Shown here in pieces: positions 12,301-25,058 of a DNA stretch of 64,000 bases. How positions within the stretch are numbered: the stretch's first letter is position 1; every line of letters begins with the position of its first letter. The DNA is from Chrysomallon squamiferum. Lineage: Eukaryota; Animalia; Mollusca. The translations under genes were made by a program, and so were the position numbers. The stretch covers positions 13,516,001 to 13,580,000 of the forward strand of contig CM022673.1 in the NCBI GenBank assembly GCA_012295275.1. Reading direction: 5' to 3'. The notes below the pieces were generated by a model, which was not told the origin of the DNA, searched no databases, and saw only the letters and a program-made list of their open reading frames with translations.

Positions 12301-14944
12301 ATTAACAAATAATATTTTTAAAAAAATAAAGATAATAATAAATAAATAAATAAACAATAATAATAATAATAATATTATAAATATATTAAAAATGTTCACC
12401 TCTTACTTTTTCTAGTAATTGTCTTCCTATACAAATTAAGGAGAATATTTTCTTTGAGAAGACAGAAATATTATGTTTTTACTGTACTATATATACTACT
12501 GGGTAAACAAATAGTCTGTATTATTATTATTATTATTTTTTTTTAATGGTTTTAAAAGTTAACTAAAATGACACCTACCTCACAACCAACAGCAGCCTTC
12601 CGGGGATCATTCTCACAGGACTTGAGCAGTGTTTGAGTTTCAATCTTTGTATCAGTTCTCTCTAGCGTGTGTTTAACAAGAGCATAACCTGAAAGAATCA
12701 GTCACTTCATGAAAAACTGTAAATAATGTCACCTACATTTAAACTAATATACAAATACTCAACCATATGTTAAACAGATAGGAAATATGTTTCTTAAGCT
12801 AAATGATAATACATGTTCTACAAAAATAAATACATTCATACTAAAGAAGGCCAAATCTTTATGTACTGATAAAAAAAATAAAAAAATAAAAATAAAATAA
12901 ATGAAGTCTAGAAAAAGACTGAAGTGCAAGTTATGTTTTAATAAACAATATAATAAACTGTAACAAAAAAAAAAAAAAAAAATAAAATAATAAAAATAAA
13001 TGAAAATAAAGTAAAAAAAGAAAAATGAAAAAAAGAAACAAGAAATATTAATAAAACAATTTTTAAAATAAATCTTCTTGATATATTAGATATGAAATAA
13101 TATATATATACATACATATATATATAAAAAAATACATATATTCTCTAAAGAACAGGATAATTACTAACCGGGTTTATTGTCAGTGCTGTGATAAACTTCC
13201 TGAATGACTGAAACTATCACCTGACTTTTCTTATTCTGAACATGAATGAGACCCCACAAAGGTTGATGAACATTGTACTTCTAAAATGTAAATTTATTTA
13301 ATAATATTGCATGTAATTTGGCAATAATTCTGTTTGTAAGGCACTGGACATGAAAACTAACAACTGAGGTTTGAACCATTTGAACTAAAGTGAAGTAAAT
13401 TTATTACTGTTATTCTTTTTATTTTACTGTTACAAAAATATAAATATACATTTAAAAACAACAGTACATGTTTCAATTTTAAAAAAGTGGTATTTGTTTA
13501 TTTTTAAATGAAAAACCAAATCAGAAAAAATTAAATTTATATTTATAAACAAAATTGTTACCATATTATGCATATATATTCAGTTTTAAATGTATTCAAA
13601 TGAAAACTAATAAAATTAAATATTAAACTATAATGAAAAATATGTCTTCACATTAACATTAAAATATATATACTAAAATGTTATTCACAGATAAATGATA
13701 TAAATGAATAAGTATGTCTTAAATTTTATATTCCACCTAAAACAATTCTCAAACTTACCCTCACAATTACTCCATCCGAGTAATCCCAGAATATAATCTG
13801 TCCATCCCGACCAGTGGAGATTAACTAAAAATAATAAAAAGATATTAACAGATAAAAAAAAACATTAAAAATAATTTAACTTTTGCTTATCAAAAATAAA
13901 GGTTAAAGAATGAATTTATGTTTTTGTTACCAAATCTGAGCAAATGTTACAATTATAGGAATTACAAGAACAAGATGCAAAATAAAAAAAATAAAAAAAT
14001 AAAAATATGTGTAATAATAATAATAATAACAAAAATAAACAACAATAAGATATAAGTGAAAAATAAATAACAATCAAAAATAAAAACAAACAACAAAACA
14101 ATATCTGTTATCTCTTACCAGTTAGTTTGGATTTTAGACATTTCAATTAATTGCAAAACTATATGTGCAAGATTTTAGGAAAATACTGATGTCTGTGAAT
14201 TGCCAAACTTGTAATTAACATACAGCACTTTACTTTATTATTGGGAAAAATTTATTCAAAGTATACAAAATGCATACAGTTGACTGTTTTTTTTTGCATT
14301 ACCACTGATATATATTCACTGTTTAAATTTCTCTATTACCTGTAATTTGCAGCCTGGATTAATGGCAATACCAGTCAGTCTGTCTCTGTGACCGTTCTTC
14401 AGTTCTCGAATACACTCACCACTTTCTACCCCAATCACCTTTATGTTGTGACCAGCACAGCAAAACACACATCTACAAAGTAATAAATTATGTTTACCTA
14501 TACTAGAAGTATATCTCATTTTTATTTTTAAACAATATTAATATACATATCTAATCATCTATATAATTATATATGGTATACACCTCTTTTACATTTTAAT
14601 TGTTTATGAAGTATTCTACAAATTTAATTTCAGAATTTACGAAAATTTCATCTTTATCTGATTAAAAATTTTTTTTTTTTTAGTACTTGTTAAATATATT
14701 TAAGAATAGTGAATAATTAAATTATAAACACGAAATAATTGAAATATGAGTTACTGAATCATGTTTCAGATTTTTATAAATAATAAAATATTTTTATTAA
14801 TATACAAAAACAAAATATATGTGTTACTAACTTTAAATCATAAGAAAAGACAGGTTTAACATCAACGATCGTTGTTCCAGCTCTCAAGCAAACAACCGGT
14901 TTATCTTCGTCCATATTCTGCACGTGTTCTATGGCAGTCGCCAT
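4700..14944 (-). CDS. WDR75: WD repeat-containing protein 75 (UTP17/NAN1 orthologue, SSU processome), 19 exons, ~858 aa if one base is restored in exon 8
   Basis: Exons (-): 14944-14832, 14472-14340, 13824-13759, 13280-13169, 12688-12579, 11913-11846, 11391-11272, 10907-10820, 10414-10259, 9902-9706, 9323-9136, 8771-8614, 8281-8095, 7588-7497, 7374-7288, 6886-6666, 5829-5710, 5362-5271, 4967-4700. Motifs: CLACHPT, YHWHSLPV, SGGYECVLVKW, FLPRLGSPI, NGIPGHLQFY, LKFWEF, FSEDGSLLAVAF, PAHVQP and an acidic tail. One frame discrepancy in exon 8 and one GC donor. Confidence 0.9.
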
Positions 14945-15133
14945 ATTTGACGTACTGGCTAACCTAAATGTAACAGCAATAGGTATTGGTTGATCATATT
15001 ATATTTGTCCAATCAACAGAAATCTAAGCTTATACAAGGCCGTTTTATACACTTCCGGTTTTGTTGATGTCGTCAGGTAGAAAGGAGAGATAAAATAATT
15101 TCTGTCATTTTAAATCATTCATAAAAATAAAAT
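14945..15133. promoter_or_regulatory. Compact bidirectional promoter WDR75/TOMM7
   Basis: Only 189 bp separate the two start codons. It has opposed CCAAT boxes (ATTGG ~14985, CCAAT ~15009), an ETS site ACTTCCGG (~15051) and a YY1-like CGCCAT overlapping the WDR75 ATG. Confidence 0.75.
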
Positions 15134-16187
15134 ATGGTGAAGTTTAGTCCAGGAGCAAAACAGAGAATTACATCACTCACCACTATAGCTAGATTTGTAT
15201 TTCACTGGGGATTTATCCCTATGATTCTTTATTTGGGTATGTAACTACTAACTTCTATGTTTTGACCCAAACAGTAACACTAACACTGTAACAGTAACAA
15301 ATATTTTTCTTTGCATATTCGGTAAGATTAAGATTAAGCTAGTAATACTAATAGATATCATATGTTTCAGCAAATTCGGCCTCTGCAATAAATTTTATTC
15401 GTTTTGCCAGTTTGATTGTGTCACTGTCAGGCTTTAAGTTTAACTATACGAGAACTTTACAGTTTACCAGTTCTGAGTTCGACATTTTTGCAATTTTATT
15501 AATTATCATGTTTTGAGACTTTGTTTGGTTTGGGGACGGTCAGTGTGAGTATTTTCGTACCGATTCATAATATCATAAATATGTAATAGTAAAATAAAAA
15601 TGCTTGTTTTTTTCAAAATTTTATTAAATCTCCAGATGTCATTTTCAAATGGAGATTTTCGAGTTTCATATGAGTCACAATGCACTGTTATTGTTAAAGA
15701 TGTTAACAATAATTAAAACATTAATAAACAGAATATCATGTTTATGCATAACTATTTTTTTTTTTTCAGGTTTTCAGAAAGGTGCTGATGAGGGAATGCC
15801 AGCACTGTCATTTCTCAGGTAACTATTAATAATAATGGAGATGTACAAATTCCACAACTGACCAGATTTCATAAAAATTACCATATAATATTAAAAGATG
15901 ATCAGTTCTTTAAAGTAATATATGAAGAAAAAAAATATTTGCTTGCACTTTCCATTTTCTCCACTATTTGCATGATTTCTTATTTCTTATTTTTTCTTTC
16001 AATTATCTATTTCTGTAGATTTATCACTTCAGTATTTATTTGTACTTGTAAGCTGTAGATGATTTTGAGTGAAACTCATTGTATAACTGTATAAATTACT
16101 TCACTTAATTTGATAAAATTTATAAATATTTTAATTTATATTTTAACTTTATTTAAATTTTTTGTTTTCAGTCTTCTGTGGCAGTAA
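15134..16187 (+). CDS. TOMM7: Mitochondrial import receptor subunit TOM7, 55 aa (missed by the ORF track)
   Basis: Exons 15134-15236, 15770-15818 and 16172-16187 give MVKFSPGAKQRITSLTTIARFVFHWGFIPMILYLGFQKGADEGMPALSFLSLLWQ*, with the family motif WGFIP..LYLGF..GAD.GMP....LSLLW. Confidence 0.96.
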
Positions 16188-16768
16188 TCACAAATGACAA
16201 GTTGAATGATCAGTAATAAACATTGGACAGTGTCTGGGACATTGCTATGTATATTTCACTTTACATCAGTTTGTGTTTTAATTGAGGATAATAACTGGAT
16301 TAGGTTGTTTCAGTTGCCATGGCAACAGTGGAGTAGCTGGAGATAAATGGGTGTGTTGCAGTGACCATCATGATGTTCATCTTTTACCAAAATGTATAAA
16401 ATATATCATGAACTGAGCTCCTGTATTTGTCTTTTATTTAAAAAACATGTTCATCATCAGATTAGAATTTGAATTCTTATTTTAGTGGCAGTGAAATATG
16501 TTTGACAAAATACTTTATATAATAAAAGTACCACAAAACCACGATTGGCGGTCTCTTCATTTTATTAATTAAAAACGCAGTACCATAAGTGTATAGTTTC
16601 AGAAAAATGATAAATGCACACAAACACACTTCCATATATGTTCTCTTGCAATAAATAATTAACATATTAGAACTAAAGCACACACTTGATACAAATGTGC
16701 CACAAAACCAGCAGGAAAATATATAAATAAGATATTTCTGACACATTGAAGTAATTAAAGATAATATA

Positions 16769-17694
16769 GGGTTATTCCGTGTCAAATCACCCCCCCCAAA
16801 AAAAGAAATTTAAACCCGACCGTCTCAGATTTTTATAAAACTTGGTATACTTGTTGGCTGGGATCCCACAGCACCAAATCTGAAATATTAGCCCAATTGG
16901 ATCAGTGGTGTGGGAGATATGGCCCACCGAATTTTGAGATTTTTGGCAAAAATGGGTGTGACCACCAACCTTAGAACCCTCATATCTCAGGAACTACTGG
17001 GCCAATCTTCATAAAATTGGTATTGTTGAAAAGGCAATATGACAAGGATTCCAAATCTGCCATTTTTGTTCAGTTTGGAAAATATTGGAGTACATTGACC
17101 TATTGACCTTTGCTATGACCTTGAAATTGAACGTGTGGATCACGTGACCTTGAGATCAACTTTATTGAAATTTAATCTCCCACATGTTAACTAAAACATA
17201 TAAAAGTTTCCATGGTGTAATATTTTTTGTTTAGCCACAATATAGATTTAAAAAAAATGCACATACATGAAAATAACACCTTTTCAGCCATTAACATCTG
17301 ATTAACTAAAACGTGAATGATCAATTCTGGATGCTAGGAATCACCATCTTTCTTGATCATCGAGTAAGACATTGTAGGCCTACATGTATGCATAAAGTTC
17401 ACATATAAAAGTTTCCTGGGTGTAAGGTCACAAGTTCACAAGGTCAGTGTACTCCACTTTTATGAAGATTGGCCCAGTAGTTCCTGAGATATGAGGGTTC
17501 TAAGGTTGGTGGTCACACCCATTTTTGCCAAAAATCTCAAAATTCGGTGGGTCATATCTCCCACACCACTGATCCAATTGGGCTAATATTTCAGATTTGG
17601 TGCTGTGGGATCCCAGTCAACAAGTATACCAAGTTTTATAAAAATCTGAGACGGTCGGGTTTAACCCATTGGGTGATTTGACACGGAATGACCA
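16769..17694. mobile_element. Non-autonomous DNA transposon (MITE/foldback), 926 bp, ~240-bp terminal inverted repeats, TATA (or TA) target-site duplication
   Basis: 16769-17016 is the near-perfect reverse complement of 17458-17694 (ends GGGTTATTCCGTGTCAAATCACCC / GGGTGATTTGACACGGAATGACCA). TATA flanks it at 16765-68 and 17695-98. No internal ORF. Confidence 0.92.
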
Positions 17695-18269
17695 TATAAC
17701 TTAAAATATCCATGCTTATATATGTATATAATAGTATATTTTTAACCAAACAGTTTACTTCACTTTCGTTGAAACTAACATTATCAGATATATCTCAGTA
17801 TTAAAACTGAAAACTGGACTTTTCTTTTTTACCCAAATCTTTAGCTGAACGCAACCCAAATAAAAAGTATTTAGGAAATATATTTACTTTTTTCATAATT
17901 ATTTTGCTTTGACTTTAGAATGTGTGTTTTAAATAATAATTAACTATTTAATTTTACTGTGATTGAAACATTTTTTGATAGATAATTTAATTCAAGTTTG
18001 CCTTAATTGTATTACTTTATTTGAATAAACGATGGCTCCTAATTCTGAATATTATTTGATACTTGGGATATTTTTCGTCGAGGGGTTATCATAATTGAAA
18101 ATAATTTTATAAAATGATGATTTTTAACATTTTTAATACAAATAAACCTAAGTGCTGAAAATATAGTAATCTAAACATGTGTAAGTGCTCATACATCAAA
18201 ACTAGTTTTAATTCTACGTTCTGAAAGGTGGGGGCCCTAGTATGGAATTGTGTTACAGGTTCCGACTAA

Positions 18270-18357
18270 GAAATCATTAATGCGCATGCGCTTTCTCGGC
18301 ATAGCGGATCATTTTAAAATGGATGATAAGTGTGAATCTGACGAGACACCGGAGAAA
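18270..18357 (+). promoter_or_regulatory. MOB4 promoter region with NRF1-type palindrome
   Basis: TGCGCATGCGC at 18281-18291 sits in a local CpG-rich patch just upstream of the MOB4 start. Confidence 0.55.
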
Positions 18358-21300
18358 ATGAAAATGGCTGCTGGTACAACAGTAGCCGTAATAAGAAGGA
18401 ATAGTCCTGGCACAAAAGCGCAGGTTTGTACTCCTTGATAAATGGTTTTATAGACTGAAATATTTAGAAATTAGTAAAAGATTAATTTTAGCTTTTTATT
18501 TTGTTCAAGAATTTTATTATTTTTGTTTTCATTAGGTTATAACTCGTATGAAAGAATCGGATTATTCTGGCATTTCGGCCGGAAATTCAGATGCTTTCCC
18601 TTTGTGAACGTAGTGAAATTTCTCATGCTGTGTTACTGTCAAACTTCATTGTACATCTGTTAGATCTGTTCATTACTATTAAAATGGTCATGTATGCCGT
18701 ACACGGTACATTTACAATATACTGTCAATTTTAAAAAAGTTAAGTGATAGAGTGAAGTGAGGCGAACTTCTACTTAAACTTAGAATCTAAATATTTATTT
18801 TATATAATTATATAATAATATTATAGCCTATAGTCTATATATACATAATACAGTTCTCACTGTTACTCGGACTCAATTCACTGTTCTGTCATCGACTCAA
18901 ACCCAACTATTACTAGTATTGGTTAAAATAAAATACGTATTAAAAAAAGAAGAGAAAAAGAAAAGTTGACTTAGTATTATTATTACTGTTTTATATTATA
19001 TTACATTATTAAATTTTTATTATAATTATTTTTTTTTTTACTGAATTGAGAATTTGATTATTTGGTTAAATGAAATATAACCTGGAAGATTTCCAGTATA
19101 TATGAACATATACTTTATTGAAAGTCTTTTTATTATAATTTATGTATTTCAGAACTGGTGCAAATGGGAAGATGAATCATTTGAAGAAATGGACAGTACT
19201 TTGGCTGTCCAACAGGTAATTTAATTTTAACATCAAACAAATTCATAATAAATCTATTACAGTTATTTAAAAGGTCAAGATAAATAAATTCTAAAAAAAA
19301 GTTTAGATATTATTCAATTAAAATTATAAAAACTTAATATAAACAAAAATTATTGAAATAAATATTATTTAATAAACAGTAAAAAAAAAGAAAAAAAGAT
19401 ATATGTTATAGCACCTATATGTCTGTTTTTCTGTAATCATTATTTTATTTCAGTTTATTCAACAAGCTATAAGAAAGGATTTCACAAATGTTGAGGAGAT
19501 TCTGACACCACCTGAAGGTCAAGATGAAGGGGTGTGGAAGTATGAACATCTCAGGTGTGTTTTTAATAATAATAATAACAAAAATATATATATTCTTGGT
19601 AATTTCTGCAATTCCATAAAATTTTCTTTCTACAGTTCTTGAAAATAATAATTAAAAAAATATTACAGTATTGAAATGTTTGAGTTAAACTTTGACTACA
19701 TTTAATTAATTATATTTGTAAGATTTACATATTTTTCATATGGATTTTACTATGGTTATATTCTACATTGAAATCATGAATTAATGGACATTATTTAAAC
19801 CGTTACCATTTAATATTACTAACATATCATCTTCATTATATTTTTCCACTTGTTTATTTTGTCTGTTATTGTCCACAGACAATTCTGTATGGAGCTGAAT
19901 GGGTTAGCTGTTAAACTGCAGGTAAATAGTATTACTCATAAAATTTTATTTACCATTCATTTTGTCTGCTGTTGATATTAGTTTTGTTATCTATTGTTAC
20001 ACAATATCTTCATTTAATAAATAAAAATGTGTTTGATATATCAATGTTTTTTTGAATTTATAAATATATTATTGACTTTTAAATTAGTTTTACATCTACA
20101 TACATGTTATATGTAGCCAAATAACTATTTTGTATCTGTAATATATACCTATTATTTTTATTATGAATGTAGCAAAGTGACTATATATCTGTCTATAATG
20201 TGTACGTGTTGTAAAATATCTATGATATATATGTTTTATTATTTTTGTTATGAATGCAGCAAAGTGACTATATATCTGTCTATAATGTGTATCTGTTGTA
20301 AAATTATCTGTCTATGATATATATGTATTATTATTTTTGTCATGAATCCAGCAAAGTGACTGTAACCCTGAGAATTGTACACAGATGACAGCCACGGAAC
20401 AGTGGATATTTTTGTGTGCAGCACACAAAACACCGAAAGAGGTGAGTTTTCTTTTTCAACTGATCCATTCACCTCCTATATTTGATTTATTTTTTTACCT
20501 CTGTTGGCTTCTTTGTAACTGATTTAATAATGCCCATTCCTGATGTGTGTAAAGTCTGTTTGTGTATGGATAATGTGTAGTATATATGTATATGTAAATA
20601 TATATATATATATATATTTTTTGAGTGTTTGAAAAGAATCAGAATATTGTGTTTCAGAAGTTACTGTCTGTAATATTTAATGTTTTATAAAATATTTTCC
20701 AGTGTAAGTAAAATTAGAAATTTTATCTCTTAATTTGATATTTTTTTTTTATCAACAGTGTCCAGCTATAGATTACACACGACACACTCTGGATGGTGCA
20801 GCATGTCTTCTCAACAGTAATAAATATTTCCCTAGTCGGTGAGATATTCTCATAAAATTTCCGTTCATTACATGTCAGTAATTGTGTATATTTATATCAG
20901 ACTATGTTATAGTCTCTTGGTTATACAACAATGTTACTCTCATTATTTATATATAAATTTATTAAATATTTTGTATTTAAAAAAAATATTAATACAGTAA
21001 ATTACTTTACATGACACATTTGTTGTTAATTTGTATTTATTATTAATGAACATTATTTACTTAAAATCATATTTCTTTTAAATAATTAGTTTATTATTAC
21101 TGTAATACTGTAATGGTTATTATAGTTACAATATATGATAAGTGTTTTTTTTCTCTCATTAGGGTCAGCATCAAGGAATCCTCAGTAGCTAAACTTGGTT
21201 CTGTGTGTAGACGAGTGTACAGAATATTTTCTCATGCCTACTTCCATCACAGGGCGTTGTTTGATGAATACGAGGTTTGCATTGTTTAATATCTCTTTTC

Positions 21301-21854
21301 TCCTTGTTTTTCATTATTTTCTTTTTCAACATTGTAAAATCTGTTATTCATAAGTTTTATCAGTGAATTTGGAAACTGAAAGAGAATAAAATTTTGGGAA
21401 CAGATGTCAATATGTGAGGTCAAATCAAGTATTCAAGTATCAGTGCATTTGTCACCTTGAGTTATCAGAAGAATTTAATCTCCCTCTGAAAAAACCATGA
21501 TTTTAATGTAATTCTTAATGACCACTTTACAATATTTAAATAATCTTTCACTTTATTTATAATTTTTAAATGTACCTTATTATTAAATAATATTAAAGTT
21601 TTTGATTTTTGTCCTTAAACAAATAAAATCTTTCTCTTCTTATAGAAATTCTTTACATATAATTTATTTTACAGTTTGATTTGTTACCTAGAGATTTACA
21701 TAGAAATTTAAATTCTTTGTTTTGTTTTCAGAATGAGACGTTTCTCTGTAGAAGATTCACCCAGTTTGTAACAAAGTACAGCCTCATGTCTAAAGACAAT
21801 CTTATTGTTCCCATTCTCGAGTTATCTTCTATAGAGGGAGAAAGTGAAGCTTAA
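18358..21854 (+). CDS. MOB4: MOB-like protein phocein (STRIPAK component), 225 aa, 8 exons
   Basis: Exons 18358-18423, 19153-19215, 19454-19554, 19879-19921, 20352-20441, 20759-20838, 21163-21274 and 21732-21854. Motifs: [109 protein letters not shown], ...GESEA*. An in-frame upstream ATG exists at 18319. Confidence 0.97.
20150..20361. repeat. ~90-bp tandem duplication containing copies of the MOB4 exon-5 acceptor
   Basis: ATGAAT(G/C)(T/C)AGCAAAGTGACT occurs three times, with AG at 20171, 20258 and 20350. Confidence 0.85.
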
Positions 21855-24800
21855 CCCAGCTGACGTTTAAAAAGCAAAAACAACAAAACAACAACAGTTT
21901 GGACACTGACAATCTAACAACAAGGACCGACATCTGTAAAGACTTGTGCTATTATTATCAGAACTAACAGATAAAAGTCATTATCTGTGGTCAGTATGGG
22001 TCGACATCTTTCATTTTTATGAAACTGATAGATAAAATACATTTCATATGGTCAACATGTGTTGACATTCATAGACATGTACTGTACCTATCACTGTTTG
22101 AACTGACAAAATATGTATAGTCATGATACATGCAAATGAAACTTATACTGATATTTTATGTATAGTGTAAGTTTTATTTCATGCTAAAATGAGTCTGTTG
22201 TGATACTAAACTACATTTTGTATACTTTTAAGTTTATTAATTCTTCTACACCTTTCTTTGCTTGCTAATAATGAAGTATAAGAAGTCAACAGGAATTCAT
22301 AAAAGTTGCCATTTTTCCTTTCTTATGGATTTTGAATCTTAAAAATGTTTAAAAATAATGTTTTAATCCTTTTATTGTATAATTAAATTTCTGACAAAAA
22401 GAGTAAAAGTTGATCTATGGCATCAAGATGGCAGATATTATGTTGATTGTATAAAAATAAATCATATGATGTTTGGGAGTCTGTGGGTGTGTCCTCTTCT
22501 TGCACCAAGCTGTGGGGGGTAAATCTGCTCTTTGCAGTTAATAGTAAAAAATCTGCAGTGAAAGGGTTAATTAAAAAATAGAATAAATTGACAGATATTT
22601 GTAATAATCACGTCTTTAATGAGTAGACAGTGTTTGCATGCCTCACTTTACTGTCATGATGGAATTAACAAAAACGTAGGACATTTTATATTGATTGTAT
22701 ACAGAAATAAATCATGGGTATTCCTTCAATTTATTGTCAATCCAAAAAAAATCTGTAATCTGTGATTATTTGCAGGGCTAATTTAAGCTCTAGTTAGCCA
22801 TGTATGGGAAGCTGTCTTTGATAAAATTTGATAGAAACAAAAGAAAAAGTAAATGGAAAAAAAAATCAAATAGTTGATTAAATTTTGTCCTCGTTATTTT
22901 ATCAATTTACTGTAATTATGTATATCATCGATAAAACCTCCATCTCATTTTAGAATAAACCCTATGAATTAACTATATGTTAAATATATTTAATATATGT
23001 GAAACTGTTTTAAATTTAAAGCAAAATCAGTAATATAAAAATGAAACAAGCTTATTAATGTGTTCAGTCTTAGAAGTGGTAAACCTCAGCATGGTAATAC
23101 TCATTGTTTACTGGTTATGTTCAACATGTATGGAAAAGGTGGATGAATCTGGGTTTCAGAGGCACGAATCAAGTTTTATATTAATGCATTGTTATCATAT
23201 TATTAAATTATACAATTAAAATTATTTGTAATAGTGTAACAGGTTTCACATTATAATCATGACGTATTTAGCTAGAAGTGTATTTATTATATTGTTCATT
23301 TTGTACTCCTTAGAGTAAACAATTGAATCGTCACTCGTATTGTTGTTATTGCTATTTAAAATAATGCAGTATTTTCTTTTTTAAATTGATTGTATTAGTG
23401 ACCTGCATTAGTGACCTGCAACTAGTCACAAACTAGTATATCCTTATTTATGTCTGGATTGAAAGATTCCTTGTTCTAATCATTAATAATAGGTTGTCTG
23501 CAATCAAACATTATACAGATATTGGGTTTTCTCTAATGATGTTTTTAGATTACCGTTTAACTTTTAACAGTAATAAAAAACAAAACAAGGACCAGCTGCT
23601 TTATTTTTTTCATTTAAAAAATTGTTTGTAATAAACTTGTACTGAAACAAAAACAAACTGACCATGTTTCATCTTTTTATTATATAATTAATAATGTCCT
23701 TTATTTTGAACAGAAAAAGAAAAGAACTAAAAGTTGTTCCCGTTTGACAGTTTTATGAAATTTGCACATAAACAGTGTTATACAATTTTAAAAATAACCA
23801 GCTGTAAATGTAAGGTACATAGATGTTTTCGGAGAATATGAAAAATACAAAATATAGACTTTAAAATGATAAAGATTCACTTAGGTAAAATGGAGTTGAT
23901 GAATTTTAAGGTTGCCCAGGTAATAAAACAACATTTTAATGTTTTACAAATACACTTGAGCATTTTGTTTTCATTTTAAAATATTTGTGCATCGAATCAG
24001 ACATTTCTTCAGTTTTTATACCTGACATCTATGTACCTTTCATTGAAACAGATCATATCTTGATTAGCAAAGAAGCTGAGAAAGAAAATACAAGTAAAAT
24101 ATTTCCAAAAGTAGTTGAAATTTCAACAATAACATTTTCCAATTTCTTGAAAGGAAAACAAAAATTCCTATCAAGAGTTTGTGATAATAAAAACTTTTTT
24201 TTTCTTTTTTTTTTTTTAAACATAAATAGGAAATCTGTTAGGATATCAATATTTCTTTTTTAATCATATCAATTAATAAAGTCGTTTGACAGTTCCTAAA
24301 AATACTGATAAAAATACATTTCTTCTTTAGAAGCCATTTATGTCACGTTTGAAATAAAAATTATTCCTAAGTTTGAAAATAACTAAAAATTGCTACTATT
24401 TCTACAGATAAATGAAAATGTATGTAGGTTTCATTACACCCATACTGGCAATCTTTGTATTTTTCATGGCAGTGTTCACTGTAAAAATGCCAGTGATGGT
24501 ACTTTGAAAATACTTTTTGTTCTACCCTACAACAAACAAATGTTAAAAACTGAAAAACAATCATGTATTAGAATAATACAAAACAATTCTAATTTCCTTT
24601 TAATAAGAAATATTTATTAGAATATTTAATAATGATTAAATATCTTTTTTTATTTTGATAGTTGAAAGATATGAAAATAAATGTTTTGATAATCATATTA
24701 ATTAATTTAATTACTTTATTTTTAAAAACTATTTATTACTTTACTGTGATAGTCAAACATTATATGACTTTACGTTTCCTCTCATCAGTGAGAATAGAAA

Positions 24801-25058
24801 ATTTGTTAATTAACACTAATTATTCATGTGTAAAAAATTAAAAATTAAATAAAAATAGTGTTGTCATTAACCTGCATTACTTTGATGATTTAATAAATTA
24901 ATGAACTAAATTTTTACTCTCTGAAAAGAGGGATATTTGGAATGGGAAAAATATGATTTTTCTAAAAAACAAAACAAATTCTACAATGACGATACATGCA
25001 CCAGTTGTCCAGACAACCATTCTCATTGTATGAATGTAATGAACTCTTGACCTCTGAC

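Noticed and set aside
12400-12426. 27-nt AG...GT-bounded segment with an in-frame TAG in a WDR75 intron (possible poison exon)
   Set aside because: The splice signals are weak, and such segments arise by chance in AT-rich introns.
18319-18357. Upstream in-frame ATG extending MOB4 by 13 aa
   Set aside because: Homology begins at MKMA. The ATG may lie upstream of the TSS; this cannot be resolved here.
24770-24795. CTGATGAG...GAAAC on the minus strand, resembling a hammerhead ribozyme core
   Set aside because: There is no room for stem II and no flanking stems.
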